Below, in pieces: positions 14,773 through 23,988 of a stretch of DNA of 44,085 bases (positions are counted from its first letter, which is position 1; each line of letters starts with the position of its first letter). This DNA comes from Alphaproteobacteria bacterium (lineage in GTDB: Bacteria > Pseudomonadota > Alphaproteobacteria > UBA828): the NCBI GenBank assembly GCA_016869195.1, contig VGET01000003.1, forward strand, positions 1-44,085, given 5' to 3'. The notes under the pieces were generated by a model. It was not told where the DNA came from, searched no databases, and saw only the letters and a list, made by a program, of their open reading frames with translations. The translations under genes and the position numbers were made by a program.

Positions 14773-17249
14773 TGGTTCAGAATCGCGGTTACATCCCGAA
14801 GAGTCGGCAGCGCGAGAAGCCGCGCGAGGGCCTGAAGTACATCGGCAAGAGCATGAAGCGGGTGGAAGACCCGCGCATCCTCACTGGCAAGGGCGTCTAT
14901 GCCGATGACATCAGCTTCCCCGAGATGGCGCATGTCGCGATCGTGAAGAGCTCGCACGCACATGCCCGCATCAAGCGGATCGACACCTCGAAGGCGGAGA
15001 AGCTGCCGGGCGTGCTCGCGGTGCTGACCGGCGCGCAGGCCGCCGAGATCTGCGGCCCGCTGCCCACCTGGTCGAGCCCGCCGGTGTTCCAGCGCGTGAT
15101 CGCGCATGAGCGCGTGCGCCATGTGGGCGAGGCGGTGGCCGCGGTCTGCGCCGAGAGCCGCTACATCGCCGAGGACGCGTGCGACCTGATCGAGGTCGAG
15201 TACGAGCCATTGCCCGTGGTGGTTGACCCTGAAGAGGCGCTGAACTCGCGCGGCGATGCGGTGCTGCACCCGGAGCACGGCAACACCAACCTCATCCTCG
15301 AGAGCAAGTTCGATTTCGGGCCGGTGAAGGAGGATTTCGCCGCGGCCGATCATGTCGTGAAGCGGCGCCTCCGCTGGCCGCGCTCGGGCGGAACGCCGAT
15401 GGAGACCAACGGCGCGACCGCGGTGTGGGACGAGGGCTCACAGCGATTCACGATCCATGTGAACTCCTCGATGTACAACTTCGTCGGCTGGATGATCGCG
15501 GACACGCTGAAGATTCCGCATCACAAGCTGAACATCGTGCCGACGCTGGCCGGCGGCTCCTTCGGTGCCAAGTTGTTCCTCTACAAGCAGCCGGTGATGG
15601 CCGCGATCTTCGCCAAGATCGTCGGGCGGCCGGTGAAATATCTCGAAGACCGCATGGAGGCCTCGCTCACCAACGACGCGCACGCCTCAGATCGCGTGTA
15701 TTACGCCGAGCTTGCCTGCAAGAAGGACGGCACGTTCCTGTCGTTCCGCCAGCGCATCATCGACGACTATGGCGCCTATTTCCAATATGGCGTCGGCCAG
15801 CACGGCAACGCGCTGGCGCAGGTGGTCGGGCCTTACAAGATCAACTCGGTCGGCGTGCACGTTCAGGCCGTGCTCACCAACAAGAACCAGCAGGGCGCCT
15901 ATCGCGGCTTCGGCTCCGAGGTGGCGAATTTCGTGATCGAGCGCATGGTTGATGCGGCGGCCGAGGAGCTCAAGATCGATTTTCTCGAGATCCGGCGCAG
16001 GAACTTCATCCAGCCCGACCAATTCCCCTATCTGATTCCGACCGGGAACATGTACGACTCGGGCGACTATGAGAAGGTGCTCGATGAGACACTGAAGATC
16101 CTCGACTACAAGGGCTGGCAGAAGAAGGTCGCGGAGATGCGCAAAGCTGGCCGCTATGTCGGCATCGGCATCGCGACCACCCATGAGCGCAGCGTCTTCT
16201 CCTCCACCGAGTTCTGGATGTGGAATCTCGACGGCAAGATCGGCTGGACGTCGTCACCGGATTCGATGTCGATCAAGATCGATCCGCGCGGGCGCATCTA
16301 TGGCACGCTGCATTCGCCGTTCTGGGGCAACAGCCCGGAGACCGTGGCGACCCAGGTGATCGCGGAGCAGTTTCAGGTTGACCCCTCGAACATCGAGATC
16401 ACCTATTCCGACACCGACAAGGGCCTGCACTCGACCGGCCCCGGCGGCAGCCGCTTTACCGTGATGGTGACCGGCGCGATCGTCGGTGCCGCCGCGATCC
16501 TGAAAAAGAAGATCTACAAGATCGCGGCCCACATGCTCGAGGCCAACCCGGACGACATGGAGATGCGCGACGGCCATGTCTCGGTAAAGGGCGCACCGCA
16601 GAAGAAGGTCTCGCTGCAGGACCTCGCCTTCCACGCCTATTACATGCGCCTCAGCATGCCGGACCCGGAGGATCCCGATCTCACCAGCGGGCTCGACGCC
16701 ACCTATGTCTACGATCACCCGGTGACGACCCTGCCCGACCCGAAGCGCGAGCACATGGGCATCTTCTATCCGATCATGGGCCACATGTGCCATTCGATGG
16801 TGGTCGAGGTCGACCCCGAGACCGGGCAGTTCACCTTCCTCGACTATGCCTGCGTGCATGATTCGGGCGTCATGATCAACCCGATGACGCTTGAGGGCCA
16901 CATGCGCGGCGGCGTGGTCAACGGTATCGGCTCGGCCACGAGCGAGCATTACTACTACGACAAGAACGGCCAGCCGACGAACACGTTGCTCACCGACTAT
17001 CTGCTGCCCTCGATCAGCGAGGCGCCGGCGAATATGAAATGCGGCCATGTCGAGACGCCCTCGCCCTTCACCGAATACGGCATCAAGGGCGGCGGCGAAG
17101 GCGGCCGCATGGGCACGCCGCCGGCGCTTGCCCAGGCGATCGAGGACGCGCTTCGTCCCCTAGGTGTCAAGATTACCGAGCTGCCACTGACCCAAAAGCG
17201 CATCCGCCAGCTTGTGCGCGAAGCACAGACCAAGAGGGCGGCGGATTGA
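14772..17249 (+). CDS. Molybdopterin-binding large subunit, xanthine dehydrogenase family (CoxL-like, not a canonical CO dehydrogenase)
   Basis: ATG at 14772 overlaps the small-subunit stop (GTGATG). GKSMKRVEDPRILTG N-terminus and a GGSFGAK motif are present. The active-site loop reads AYRGFGSEV rather than AYxCSFR. Confidence 0.8.
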   Translation: MVQNRGYIPKSRQREKPREGLKYIGKSMKRVEDPRILTGKGVYADDISFPEMAHVAIVKSSHAHARIKRIDTSKAEKLPGVLAVLTGAQAAEICGPLPTWSSPPVFQRVIAHERVRHVGEAVAAVCAESRYIAEDACDLIEVEYEPLPVVVDPEEALNSRGDAVLHPEHGNTNLILESKFDFGPVKEDFAAADHVVKRRLRWPRSGGTPMETNGATAVWDEGSQRFTIHVNSSMYNFVGWMIADTLKIPHHKLNIVPTLAGGSFGAKLFLYKQPVMAAIFAKIVGRPVKYLEDRMEASLTNDAHASDRVYYAELACKKDGTFLSFRQRIIDDYGAYFQYGVGQHGNALAQVVGPYKINSVGVHVQAVLTNKNQQGAYRGFGSEVANFVIERMVDAAAEELKIDFLEIRRRNFIQPDQFPYLIPTGNMYDSGDYEKVLDETLKILDYKGWQKKVAEMRKAGRYVGIGIATTHERSVFSSTEFWMWNLDGKIGWTSSPDSMSIKIDPRGRIYGTLHSPFWGNSPETVATQVIAEQFQVDPSNIEITYSDTDKGLHSTGPGGSRFTVMVTGAIVGAAAILKKKIYKIAAHMLEANPDDMEMRDGHVSVKGAPQKKVSLQDLAFHAYYMRLSMPDPEDPDLTSGLDATYVYDHPVTTLPDPKREHMGIFYPIMGHMCHSMVVEVDPETGQFTFLDYACVHDSGVMINPMTLEGHMRGGVVNGIGSATSEHYYYDKNGQPTNTLLTDYLLPSISEAPANMKCGHVETPSPFTEYGIKGGGEGGRMGTPPALAQAIEDALRPLGVKITELPLTQKRIRQLVREAQTKRAAD

Positions 17250-17263
17250 TGGAAAATGCCCCT

Positions 17264-17411
17264 CCCTCTCCACCCCCGGGGGTGGAGAGGGCCAGGGTGA
17301 GGCGGGGGTCTCCGAAGGCCTCGATCTGAACGCTGGATCGAAATCAATATGCCCCCACCTCACCCGGCGCGCCAAAGCGCGCCACCCTCTCCCCCCTTCG
17401 AGCGGAGAGGG
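17264..17411. repeat. GC-rich palindromic (REP-like) element, copy B
   Basis: Perfect 28-bp palindrome CCCTCTCCACCCCCGGGGGTGGAGAGGG (17264-17291). GGCGCGC-caaa-GCGCGCC at 17366-17383. CCCTCTCC (17385-17392) pairs with GGAGAGGG (17404-17411). Confidence 0.75.
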
Positions 17412-17434
17412 TTTGGGCCGCCTGAGCTCTGACC

Positions 17435-18331
17435 ATGACCTCCGCCCTCTCCTCCATCGCCGACGTCAAGGCCTGCTTGGCGAGCCATGGCTATGTCGCG
17501 GATCGTCGGCTCGCGACCGCCGTGTTTCTGTCCCTCAGGATGCAGAAGCCGCTGTTCCTTGAAGGCGAGCCCGGCGTCGGCAAGACCGAGATCGCCAAGG
17601 CGCTGTCCGCGCTCCTGAAGCGTCCGCTCATTCGCCTCCAGTGCTATGAAGGCCTCGATGTCTCCACCGCCGTCTATGAGTGGGACTATGCGCGCCAGAT
17701 GCTAGCCATTCGCCTGATCGAGGCGCTGGGCGAGGCCGATGAGGCGCGCGCCGAAGAGCGCATCTTCAGCCGGAAGTATCTGCTCAAGCGGCCGCTGCTC
17801 GAGGCGGTCGAGCCCAGCGGCGGTGAGCCGGTGGTGCTGCTGATCGATGAGCTCGATCGCGCGGATGAGGAGTTCGAGGCGTTCCTGCTCGAGTTCCTCT
17901 CCGAATATCAGATCAGCGTGCCGGAGGTCGGCACCATCAAGGCCACGCGCGCGCCAGTGGTGATCGTCACCTCCAACCGAACGCGCGAGATTCACGACGC
18001 GCTGAAGCGCCGCTGCTACTACCAGTGGATCGATTACCCCCCCTTCGAGAAGGAGTGCGCGATCGTCAAGGCGCGCATCCCGGGCGCGCGCGAGAAACTC
18101 ACGGCCGATGTCGTGCGCTTCGTGCAGGCGCTCCGCGGCGAAGACGTGTTCAAGCGCCCCGGTGTCGCCGAGACGCTCGACTGGATGACCGCGCTCCACG
18201 CGCTCGATCAGGAGACGCTATCTGAGAACGTGGTCAACGACACGCTCGGCGTGCTGCTGAAATATCGGGACGACGTGGCGCAGATCGAGGGCGCCGCGGT
18301 GAAGCGCCTGCTCGCGCGCAAGCATGGCTGA
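17435..18331 (+). CDS. MoxR-family AAA+ ATPase (CoxD-like)
   Basis: Walker A GEPGVGKT, Walker B VLLIDELDRA, and FLxxxxE sensor regions. It follows the M-S-L genes. Confidence 0.8.
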   Translation: MTSALSSIADVKACLASHGYVADRRLATAVFLSLRMQKPLFLEGEPGVGKTEIAKALSALLKRPLIRLQCYEGLDVSTAVYEWDYARQMLAIRLIEALGEADEARAEERIFSRKYLLKRPLLEAVEPSGGEPVVLLIDELDRADEEFEAFLLEFLSEYQISVPEVGTIKATRAPVVIVTSNRTREIHDALKRRCYYQWIDYPPFEKECAIVKARIPGAREKLTADVVRFVQALRGEDVFKRPGVAETLDWMTALHALDQETLSENVVNDTLGVLLKYRDDVAQIEGAAVKRLLARKHG

Positions 18332-19586
18332 GGCGCACGGCCACCTGCTCGACAACCTCGTGCGCTTTGCCGAGCTGTTGCGCGGGCTCGGCCTCAATGT
18401 CACGACCGCCCAATTGGCCGAGCTTGGGCACGCGCTCACGCTGATCGACATCACCGAAAAGGAAGACGTGCGCGCGGCGGCCGCGACCATCTTCGTGCGG
18501 CGCCAGGCCGACATCAGCCCGTTCGAGATGGCGTTCGACCAGTTCTTCCGCGACTCGAGCAAGCGGTTCCGGGAAGCCAGCCTGCCCAACCGCTTCAGCC
18601 CCAATCGCCCACCCGGCGGCGGCAGTGCCGAGGCCCCGCTGGCGCCGACGGAGGAGGAGCAGAAGCACGCACGCCTCACCGACAAGGACGCCGGCGAGCC
18701 CATGCTCACCCTTGCTGCCTCGGAGGGCGAGAGCGTCGAAGGCGCCGATGACGCCGAGGAAATGACGCTCGCGAGCTACAGCCCGACCGCCTCTTTCAGC
18801 AAAAAGGACTTCGGCGAGATGAGCGCGCATGAGCTCGATGCGGTGAAGCGTTTCCTGCGCGAGCATCGCTTCGAGTTCGCCGGGCGCACGACCCGGCGCC
18901 TGCGGCGCGCGGCGCGCGGGCCTCGGCTCGATCTCCGTCGCATGCTGCGCGGCGAGGCGGCGGCGCGGCTTGGGCCGCCCGTGCTGTGTTTCCGCGCGCG
19001 CAAGCAGAAGCCGCGGCCGGTCATCGTGCTATGCGACGTGTCAGGCTCGATGGAGCCCTATGCGCGCGTGCTGCTCGCCTTCATCTATGCGCTCACGCAC
19101 AAGGCGCGGCGGGTCGAGGCCTTTGGCTTCTCGACCGAGCTCGCCCGCATCACGCGCGCGCTCCGCGAGCGCGAGATCGATTCCGCGCTGCGCCACGCCG
19201 CTGCGTTGGTTCCCGACTTTGGCGGCGGCACGCGTATCGGCGCGGCGCTCAAATCCTTCAACTTCGATTGGGCGTGCCGCACCTTGGGCCAGGGCCCGAT
19301 CGTGCTGATCATCTCCGACGGATGGGATCGCGGCGACACGACGCTGCTCGCGCGCGAGATGGAGCGGCTCAGCCTCTCCTGCCACGCGCTCATCTGGCTC
19401 AACCCGCTTGCCGGCATGCCGGGCTTCGAGCCGCTGCAAAAGGGCTTGATGGCGGCGCTGCCCTTCGTCGATCACTTTCTGCCGGTGCACAATCTCGATA
19501 GTCTCGAAAAACTCGCGCGCCTGCTCACCGTGCTGGATACGCCACTGCCTACGCGGCGCACCGGCCGGTTCGACAAGGCGGCGTAG
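18324..19586 (+). CDS. VWA-domain protein (CoxE-like)
   Basis: The MIDAS-type LCDVSGSM motif and the C-terminal WLNPL motif are present. It overlaps the MoxR gene by 8 nt. Confidence 0.75.
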   Translation: MAEAHGHLLDNLVRFAELLRGLGLNVTTAQLAELGHALTLIDITEKEDVRAAAATIFVRRQADISPFEMAFDQFFRDSSKRFREASLPNRFSPNRPPGGGSAEAPLAPTEEEQKHARLTDKDAGEPMLTLAASEGESVEGADDAEEMTLASYSPTASFSKKDFGEMSAHELDAVKRFLREHRFEFAGRTTRRLRRAARGPRLDLRRMLRGEAAARLGPPVLCFRARKQKPRPVIVLCDVSGSMEPYARVLLAFIYALTHKARRVEAFGFSTELARITRALREREIDSALRHAAALVPDFGGGTRIGAALKSFNFDWACRTLGQGPIVLIISDGWDRGDTTLLAREMERLSLSCHALIWLNPLAGMPGFEPLQKGLMAALPFVDHFLPVHNLDSLEKLARLLTVLDTPLPTRRTGRFDKAA

Positions 19587-19642
19587 CCCTGCTCGTTATT
19601 GCCCGGCTACGCCGTTCTCCAGCGCGGCCCGCCATTCCGTCA

Positions 19643-19674
19643 TCCTCTGGCGCGCTAACGGCGCGACCAGAGGA
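19643..19674. terminator. Stem-loop between convergent genes
   Basis: TCCTCTGGCGCGC-taacg-GCGCG-a-CCAGAGGA, about 13 bp of stem. No clear T-tract. Confidence 0.4.
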
Positions 19675-19703
19675 TCCACGGTTCCGCGCATGCGGGACGA
19701 TGG

Positions 19704-19736
19704 ATTCCACGGTCGGCACGGACGCCGCCGTGGAAT
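19704..19736. terminator. Second stem-loop between convergent genes
   Basis: ATTCCACGG (19704-19712) pairs perfectly with CCGTGGAAT (19728-19736). Confidence 0.4.
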
Positions 19737-19813
19737 GACATAAGGGTTTTGGGGCGCGAACATGACCGCACGATTGTGGACGTCGCGCCCGGCGGCGCAT
19801 GGCGTCGCCGTCA

Positions 19814-20224
19814 TCACGCCGGCTTGACGACGTTCTTCCAATACGTGTCCTTCTTGACGATCTTGCCGTTCTTGAGCTCCCAGATGTCGATGCCGAGCCA
19901 GTTGATGCGCGGGCCGCTCTTGGGCGTGCCCGTCACTGTCCATTCCGAGCAGACCAGGTTGCCGCTCGCAAAATGGCGGATCACCGCCCAGTTCATATCG
20001 GGAATGTCGCGGAAGCGCTGCTCGAGCACAGCACGGATCGCGGCCTTGCCATTGAGCCGCGTGCCCTCGGGAGTCGGCCCCATCGAGAGCAGCCAATAGG
20101 AATCATCGGCGAAGTCGGACAGGATGCCGTCGACATCATGCCGATTGAAGGCGTCGCAGCAGCGCTCGATCACCGCGAGAGCCGCGCTTTCGGTCGAGCC
20201 GCGCGCCGCCTGGGCCGTTGTCAT
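19814..20224 (-). CDS. SnoaL-like / NTF2-family protein
   Basis: 136 aa from the ATG at 20224, which lies 5 nt after the stop of the large-subunit gene. The pattern FNRHDVDGIL...EWTVTGT...GIDIWELKNGKIVKKDTYWK is typical of SnoaL-like polyketide-cyclase-fold proteins. Confidence 0.65.
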   Translation of the reverse strand: MTTAQAARGSTESAALAVIERCCDAFNRHDVDGILSDFADDSYWLLSMGPTPEGTRLNGKAAIRAVLEQRFRDIPDMNWAVIRHFASGNLVCSEWTVTGTPKSGPRINWLGIDIWELKNGKIVKKDTYWKNVVKPA

Positions 20225-20229
20225 GACCT

Positions 20230-22596
20230 TCACTCCTTCTTGTGCCGAGCCGATCGGATCGCGCGCCACACGCGCTCGGGCGTGACCGGCAGATCGACTT
20301 GGCGCACGCCGAGGTGCCAGAGCGCATCGACCACCGCATTGCCGATCGCCGACGGCGGGCCAGACGTGCCGAGCTCGCCAATGCCCTTCACGCCGAGCGG
20401 GTTGGTATTGGTCGGCAGCGACAGCGTGGCAAGGGTGATCGGCGGCAGATCGTCCGCGCGCGGAATGGCGTAGTCCATGTAGCTGCCGGTGATCAGCTGG
20501 CCCGTCGCGGGATCGTAGCGCAGATGCTCGGTCATCGCCTGGCCGGTACCTTGCGCAATGCCGCCATGGCGCTGGCCCTCGACGATCATCGGGTTGATCG
20601 CGACGCCGACATCATCGACCGCGATGTAGTCCTTCAAGGTCACGGCGCCGGTCTCGGCATCGACCGCGACCACGGCGAGGTGGAGGCCATAGGGATAGTT
20701 CATGTCATCGGGATCGAAATAGGCGGTCTCATCGAGCCCAAGCTCGAAGCCATCGGGATAGTCGGCGCCGTAATAGGCGGCGTCGGCCACCGCGGCAAAG
20801 GCGATGCGTCGGTCCGTGCCCTTCACCGCGAACGTGCCCTCAACGAACTCGATGTCGGCGGGAGCGCATTCGAGCATATGGGCGGCGAGCGTCTTTGCCT
20901 TGTCGATCACGCGGTCGGACGCCTTGACCAGCGCGCCGCCGACCACGGTGATCGAGCGCGACGCCCAGGTGCCGAGGCCGAAGGGAATGCGGTCGGTATC
21001 GCCCTCGATGACATCGACATCCTCGACCTTCAGGCCGAGCTTGGAGGCCACGATCTGCGCATAGGTCGTGGCGTGGCCCTGGCCATGATTGTGCGAGCCC
21101 GCGAGCACCGTGACCTTGCCGGTCGGGTGCACGCGCACCGTCGCCACGTCATAGCCGCCGATCAGCGAGCCGAGCCGCGCGCTCGGCCGGCTCGGGCCGA
21201 CGCCGCTCGCGCGGATGAAGGCGGCGAAGCCGAGGCCGATCAGCTCGCCCCTCTTGCGCGCCGCCACTTGGGCGGCGCGCAGCGCGCCATCGTCGATGGT
21301 CTTTCTAAGCAACGGCACGAGCGCGGGGAAATCGCCGCTCTCGAGGCCGGTGCCGGTCGCCGTGCGGTAGGGCATGTGCGCCGCCGGCACGAAATTGCGC
21401 GCCCGCATGTCGAGCGGATCGAGGCCCATCTCGCGCGCGCCGTTCTCGATCAGACGCTCGACGACATAGGTGCCTTCGGGATTGCCGGCGCCGCGATAGG
21501 CATCGAGCGGCGTGGTGTTGGTATAGACCGCCCGCACGCGCGCATGGATTGCCGGAATCGCGTAGAGGCTGGAGAGCATCGAGGTGAACAGGGGCGCAGC
21601 GGTAAGCGCGCCGAACGGGCTGATATAAGCGCCGAGATTGCCGATCGAATCGACCGCGAGCGCGAGCACGCGACCGTCGCGATCGAACGCCATGCGACAG
21701 CGCGTGGCATGTTCGCGCGCGTGCGTGTCGACCATAAGGTTCTCGGCGCGCGTCGCGGTCCAGCGCACCGGGCGGCCGAGCAACTTTGCCGCCCACAAGA
21801 CCGTCGGCTCTTCGGGATAGTGATAGCTCTTCTGCCCGAAGCCGCCGCCGACATCGGGCGCGACCACGCGGATCATCTGCTCTGGTGCCTTTAGCGTGTC
21901 GCGCGACAGCCACTGGCGAATCAGATGCGGGTTCTGCGTGGTCGAGTGCAGCGCATAGCGCCCGGCCCATTCGTCGTGCTCGCCGATCACCGCGCGCGGC
22001 TCGATCGGCGAGGGCGCGATGCGGTTGATGTCGAACGCGAGCGTTGTGACATGCGCGGCGGACTTGAAGACGGCCTCGACCGCCGCCTCATCGCCGATGA
22101 CAAACTCGAAGCTTTGGTTGGTGCCGAAGCCCTGATGGACGAGCGGCGCGGCGACGTCCAGCGCGCGCGCGGGTTCCACCACATGCGGCAAGGGCTGATA
22201 CGCGACCTCGACCGCCTCGGCCGCCGCCTCCGCGTCGGCCGCACTCTCCGCGACCACCAGCGCGACCGTGTCGCCGACATGACGCGCGATATCGGCGGTC
22301 AGGATCGGCCGGCGCGCGGTCTTCATCGGCGTGCCGTCAGACGAGGTCACCTGCCAGACGATCGGCGAGCGCCCGCCGCCGTTTTTCTCCCACTCGGCAC
22401 CGGTGAGCACCGCCAGCACGCCGGACATCTGCCTGGCCCTGGTGCCATCGATGCGCGCGATACGCGCATGGGCGTGAGGGCTGCGCACGAACGCAGCGAA
22501 GGCGGCATTCGCGACCTTCACATCATCGACAAAGCGGCCGCGGCCGGTGATGAACCGGTCGTCCTCTTTGCGCGGGATCGATTGGCCGATGGCCAC
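20230..22596 (-). CDS. Orphan molybdopterin-binding large subunit, xanthine dehydrogenase family (form-II-CoxL-like loop [10 protein letters not shown])
   Basis: [26 protein letters not shown]-terminus and a VGGGFGQK motif are present. It is clearly paralogous to 29283..31649 at both termini. No small or medium subunit gene lies next to it. Confidence 0.8.
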   Translation of the reverse strand: MAIGQSIPRKEDDRFITGRGRFVDDVKVANAAFAAFVRSPHAHARIARIDGTRARQMSGVLAVLTGAEWEKNGGGRSPIVWQVTSSDGTPMKTARRPILTADIARHVGDTVALVVAESAADAEAAAEAVEVAYQPLPHVVEPARALDVAAPLVHQGFGTNQSFEFVIGDEAAVEAVFKSAAHVTTLAFDINRIAPSPIEPRAVIGEHDEWAGRYALHSTTQNPHLIRQWLSRDTLKAPEQMIRVVAPDVGGGFGQKSYHYPEEPTVLWAAKLLGRPVRWTATRAENLMVDTHAREHATRCRMAFDRDGRVLALAVDSIGNLGAYISPFGALTAAPLFTSMLSSLYAIPAIHARVRAVYTNTTPLDAYRGAGNPEGTYVVERLIENGAREMGLDPLDMRARNFVPAAHMPYRTATGTGLESGDFPALVPLLRKTIDDGALRAAQVAARKRGELIGLGFAAFIRASGVGPSRPSARLGSLIGGYDVATVRVHPTGKVTVLAGSHNHGQGHATTYAQIVASKLGLKVEDVDVIEGDTDRIPFGLGTWASRSITVVGGALVKASDRVIDKAKTLAAHMLECAPADIEFVEGTFAVKGTDRRIAFAAVADAAYYGADYPDGFELGLDETAYFDPDDMNYPYGLHLAVVAVDAETGAVTLKDYIAVDDVGVAINPMIVEGQRHGGIAQGTGQAMTEHLRYDPATGQLITGSYMDYAIPRADDLPPITLATLSLPTNTNPLGVKGIGELGTSGPPSAIGNAVVDALWHLGVRQVDLPVTPERVWRAIRSARHKKE

Positions 22597-22670
22597 AGGC
22601 TCACCTCACACGCGAGTCACGGCGGCTCACAGGCGCCGATGGCCACCACCGATGCCGTTGCGCGGCGGCT

Positions 22671-23867
22671 CTATTCAGCAGCGGCGCCCGCCCGCAGCCG
22701 GGGCGGCATCCAACGCACCTGGCTCTCAGTGCCGTAGGCGAAGAACTCGGAAGGCTTCTGGCGCTGACGCAGCATCCAGCCATGGAAGAGCGGCATGTTG
22801 TAGTAGATCTTCGCGGCCCAGTGCGGCCAGCGCGTGAGCGGCCAAGTGATCGTCGACCATAGTTGCGTGTGCTCGGTGATCGGCCGCTGGCGCGCCTCCC
22901 AGCGATCGAGCGTGGTCTCGACGTCGCCGCCCTCTTTCAACATGTTCACAAGCGAGAGCGCGTTCGCGATCGCGGTGCCGGCGCCCTGGCCGAGCCCCGG
23001 CGCCATCGAATGCGAGGCATCCCCCAGGATCGCAACCTTGCCCGAGTGCCAGCGGGTGAGCTTGGTGGTCTCGAAGCGGTCATAGCGGCCCTCACTTGGC
23101 GCACGCGCGATCATGTCGGCGAGATGGGGGAACGCGCCCGACCACAGCGCCTTGTTCAGCGGAATTTGCTGCGCCTCCCTGTCGTTCGCCAGCATGGTGA
23201 AGCAGAGATAGAAGACCTCGCGATTGCACGGCGTGTAGAGCATGCGGCGATAGCCATTCCACCACTCGCGAATCGTGCGGCCTTCTTCCGTATCGGTGTA
23301 GCCGCCGACATGCGGCACCAGCACGCGGATTGCGCCGTCGCAATGCGGCTTGCGGCTGCGCAGGAGCCCGAGCGAGTCACGCACCTTGGAGTTGATGCCA
23401 TCGGCTGCGGCCACCAGATCAGCCTTCCATTTTTTGCCGTCGGCGGTTTCGAGCGTGCCATCCGCGGTCGCAGCGACCGCCTGCGAGCTCGTGACGACCT
23501 TGACGCCGGCGCGCTGCGCCGCATTCAGCATGGCGGAGAGCAGCTGTTGGCGCGTGATGCAGAACATGCGCGACTTGTCTTGGCTGTCGATCGGCGCGAA
23601 CGGCACCTCATCGATATAGCGCCCCTTGGCGTCCCAACTGATGTAGGTGGGCGCTTCGGTGCAACCGTCTAGCGCCTCATCGGCCGCGCCGATCGCCTTC
23701 AGCACACGCACGCCATTGTCCCAGATCCAGATGCCGGCGCCGAAGGCGCGGATCTCGGGCGAGCGTTCATGGATGCGCACTGTCCAGCCCGCCTGGGCCA
23801 GCGCGGTGCCCAGGGTCAACCCCGTAAATCCGCCGCCTGCGATCTCGGCATGCTTGCGTTCAGCCAT
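22671..23867 (-). CDS. FAD-dependent aromatic-ring monooxygenase (salicylate/6-hydroxynicotinate hydroxylase-like)
   Basis: ATG at 23867 follows GGAGG. IAGGGFTGLTLGTAL dinucleotide fold, a DG motif (AADGINSKVR) and GDASHSMAPGLGQG are present. Confidence 0.75.
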   Translation of the reverse strand: MAERKHAEIAGGGFTGLTLGTALAQAGWTVRIHERSPEIRAFGAGIWIWDNGVRVLKAIGAADEALDGCTEAPTYISWDAKGRYIDEVPFAPIDSQDKSRMFCITRQQLLSAMLNAAQRAGVKVVTSSQAVAATADGTLETADGKKWKADLVAAADGINSKVRDSLGLLRSRKPHCDGAIRVLVPHVGGYTDTEEGRTIREWWNGYRRMLYTPCNREVFYLCFTMLANDREAQQIPLNKALWSGAFPHLADMIARAPSEGRYDRFETTKLTRWHSGKVAILGDASHSMAPGLGQGAGTAIANALSLVNMLKEGGDVETTLDRWEARQRPITEHTQLWSTITWPLTRWPHWAAKIYYNMPLFHGWMLRQRQKPSEFFAYGTESQVRWMPPRLRAGAAAE

Positions 23868-23915
23868 GACCTCCAGCCCTCCCCGCCGATTGCCCCTCAC
23901 ACTCGGCGGTCAACA

Positions 23916-23928
23916 ATGTATATTGTAT
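23916..23928. promoter_or_regulatory. ATGTATATTGTAT motif in a divergent promoter region
   Basis: It contains TGTAT twice and shares ATTGTAT with the sites at 28454 and 29212. It lies between the monooxygenase (minus strand) and amidohydrolase (plus strand) starts. Confidence 0.4.
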
Positions 23929-23988
23929 GCAGTCCTGCGACCAAGCTAGTTCGAGCCCCAGAGGCCGTCAACAAGCGCGGAGGTTCTC

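Noticed and set aside
14772-17249. Calling the M-S-L cluster (and the other two large subunits) aerobic CO dehydrogenase.
   Set aside because: None of the three large subunits shows the AYxCSFR Cu-binding loop. They read [18 protein letters not shown] and AYRGAGRPE, so only a family-level call is justified.
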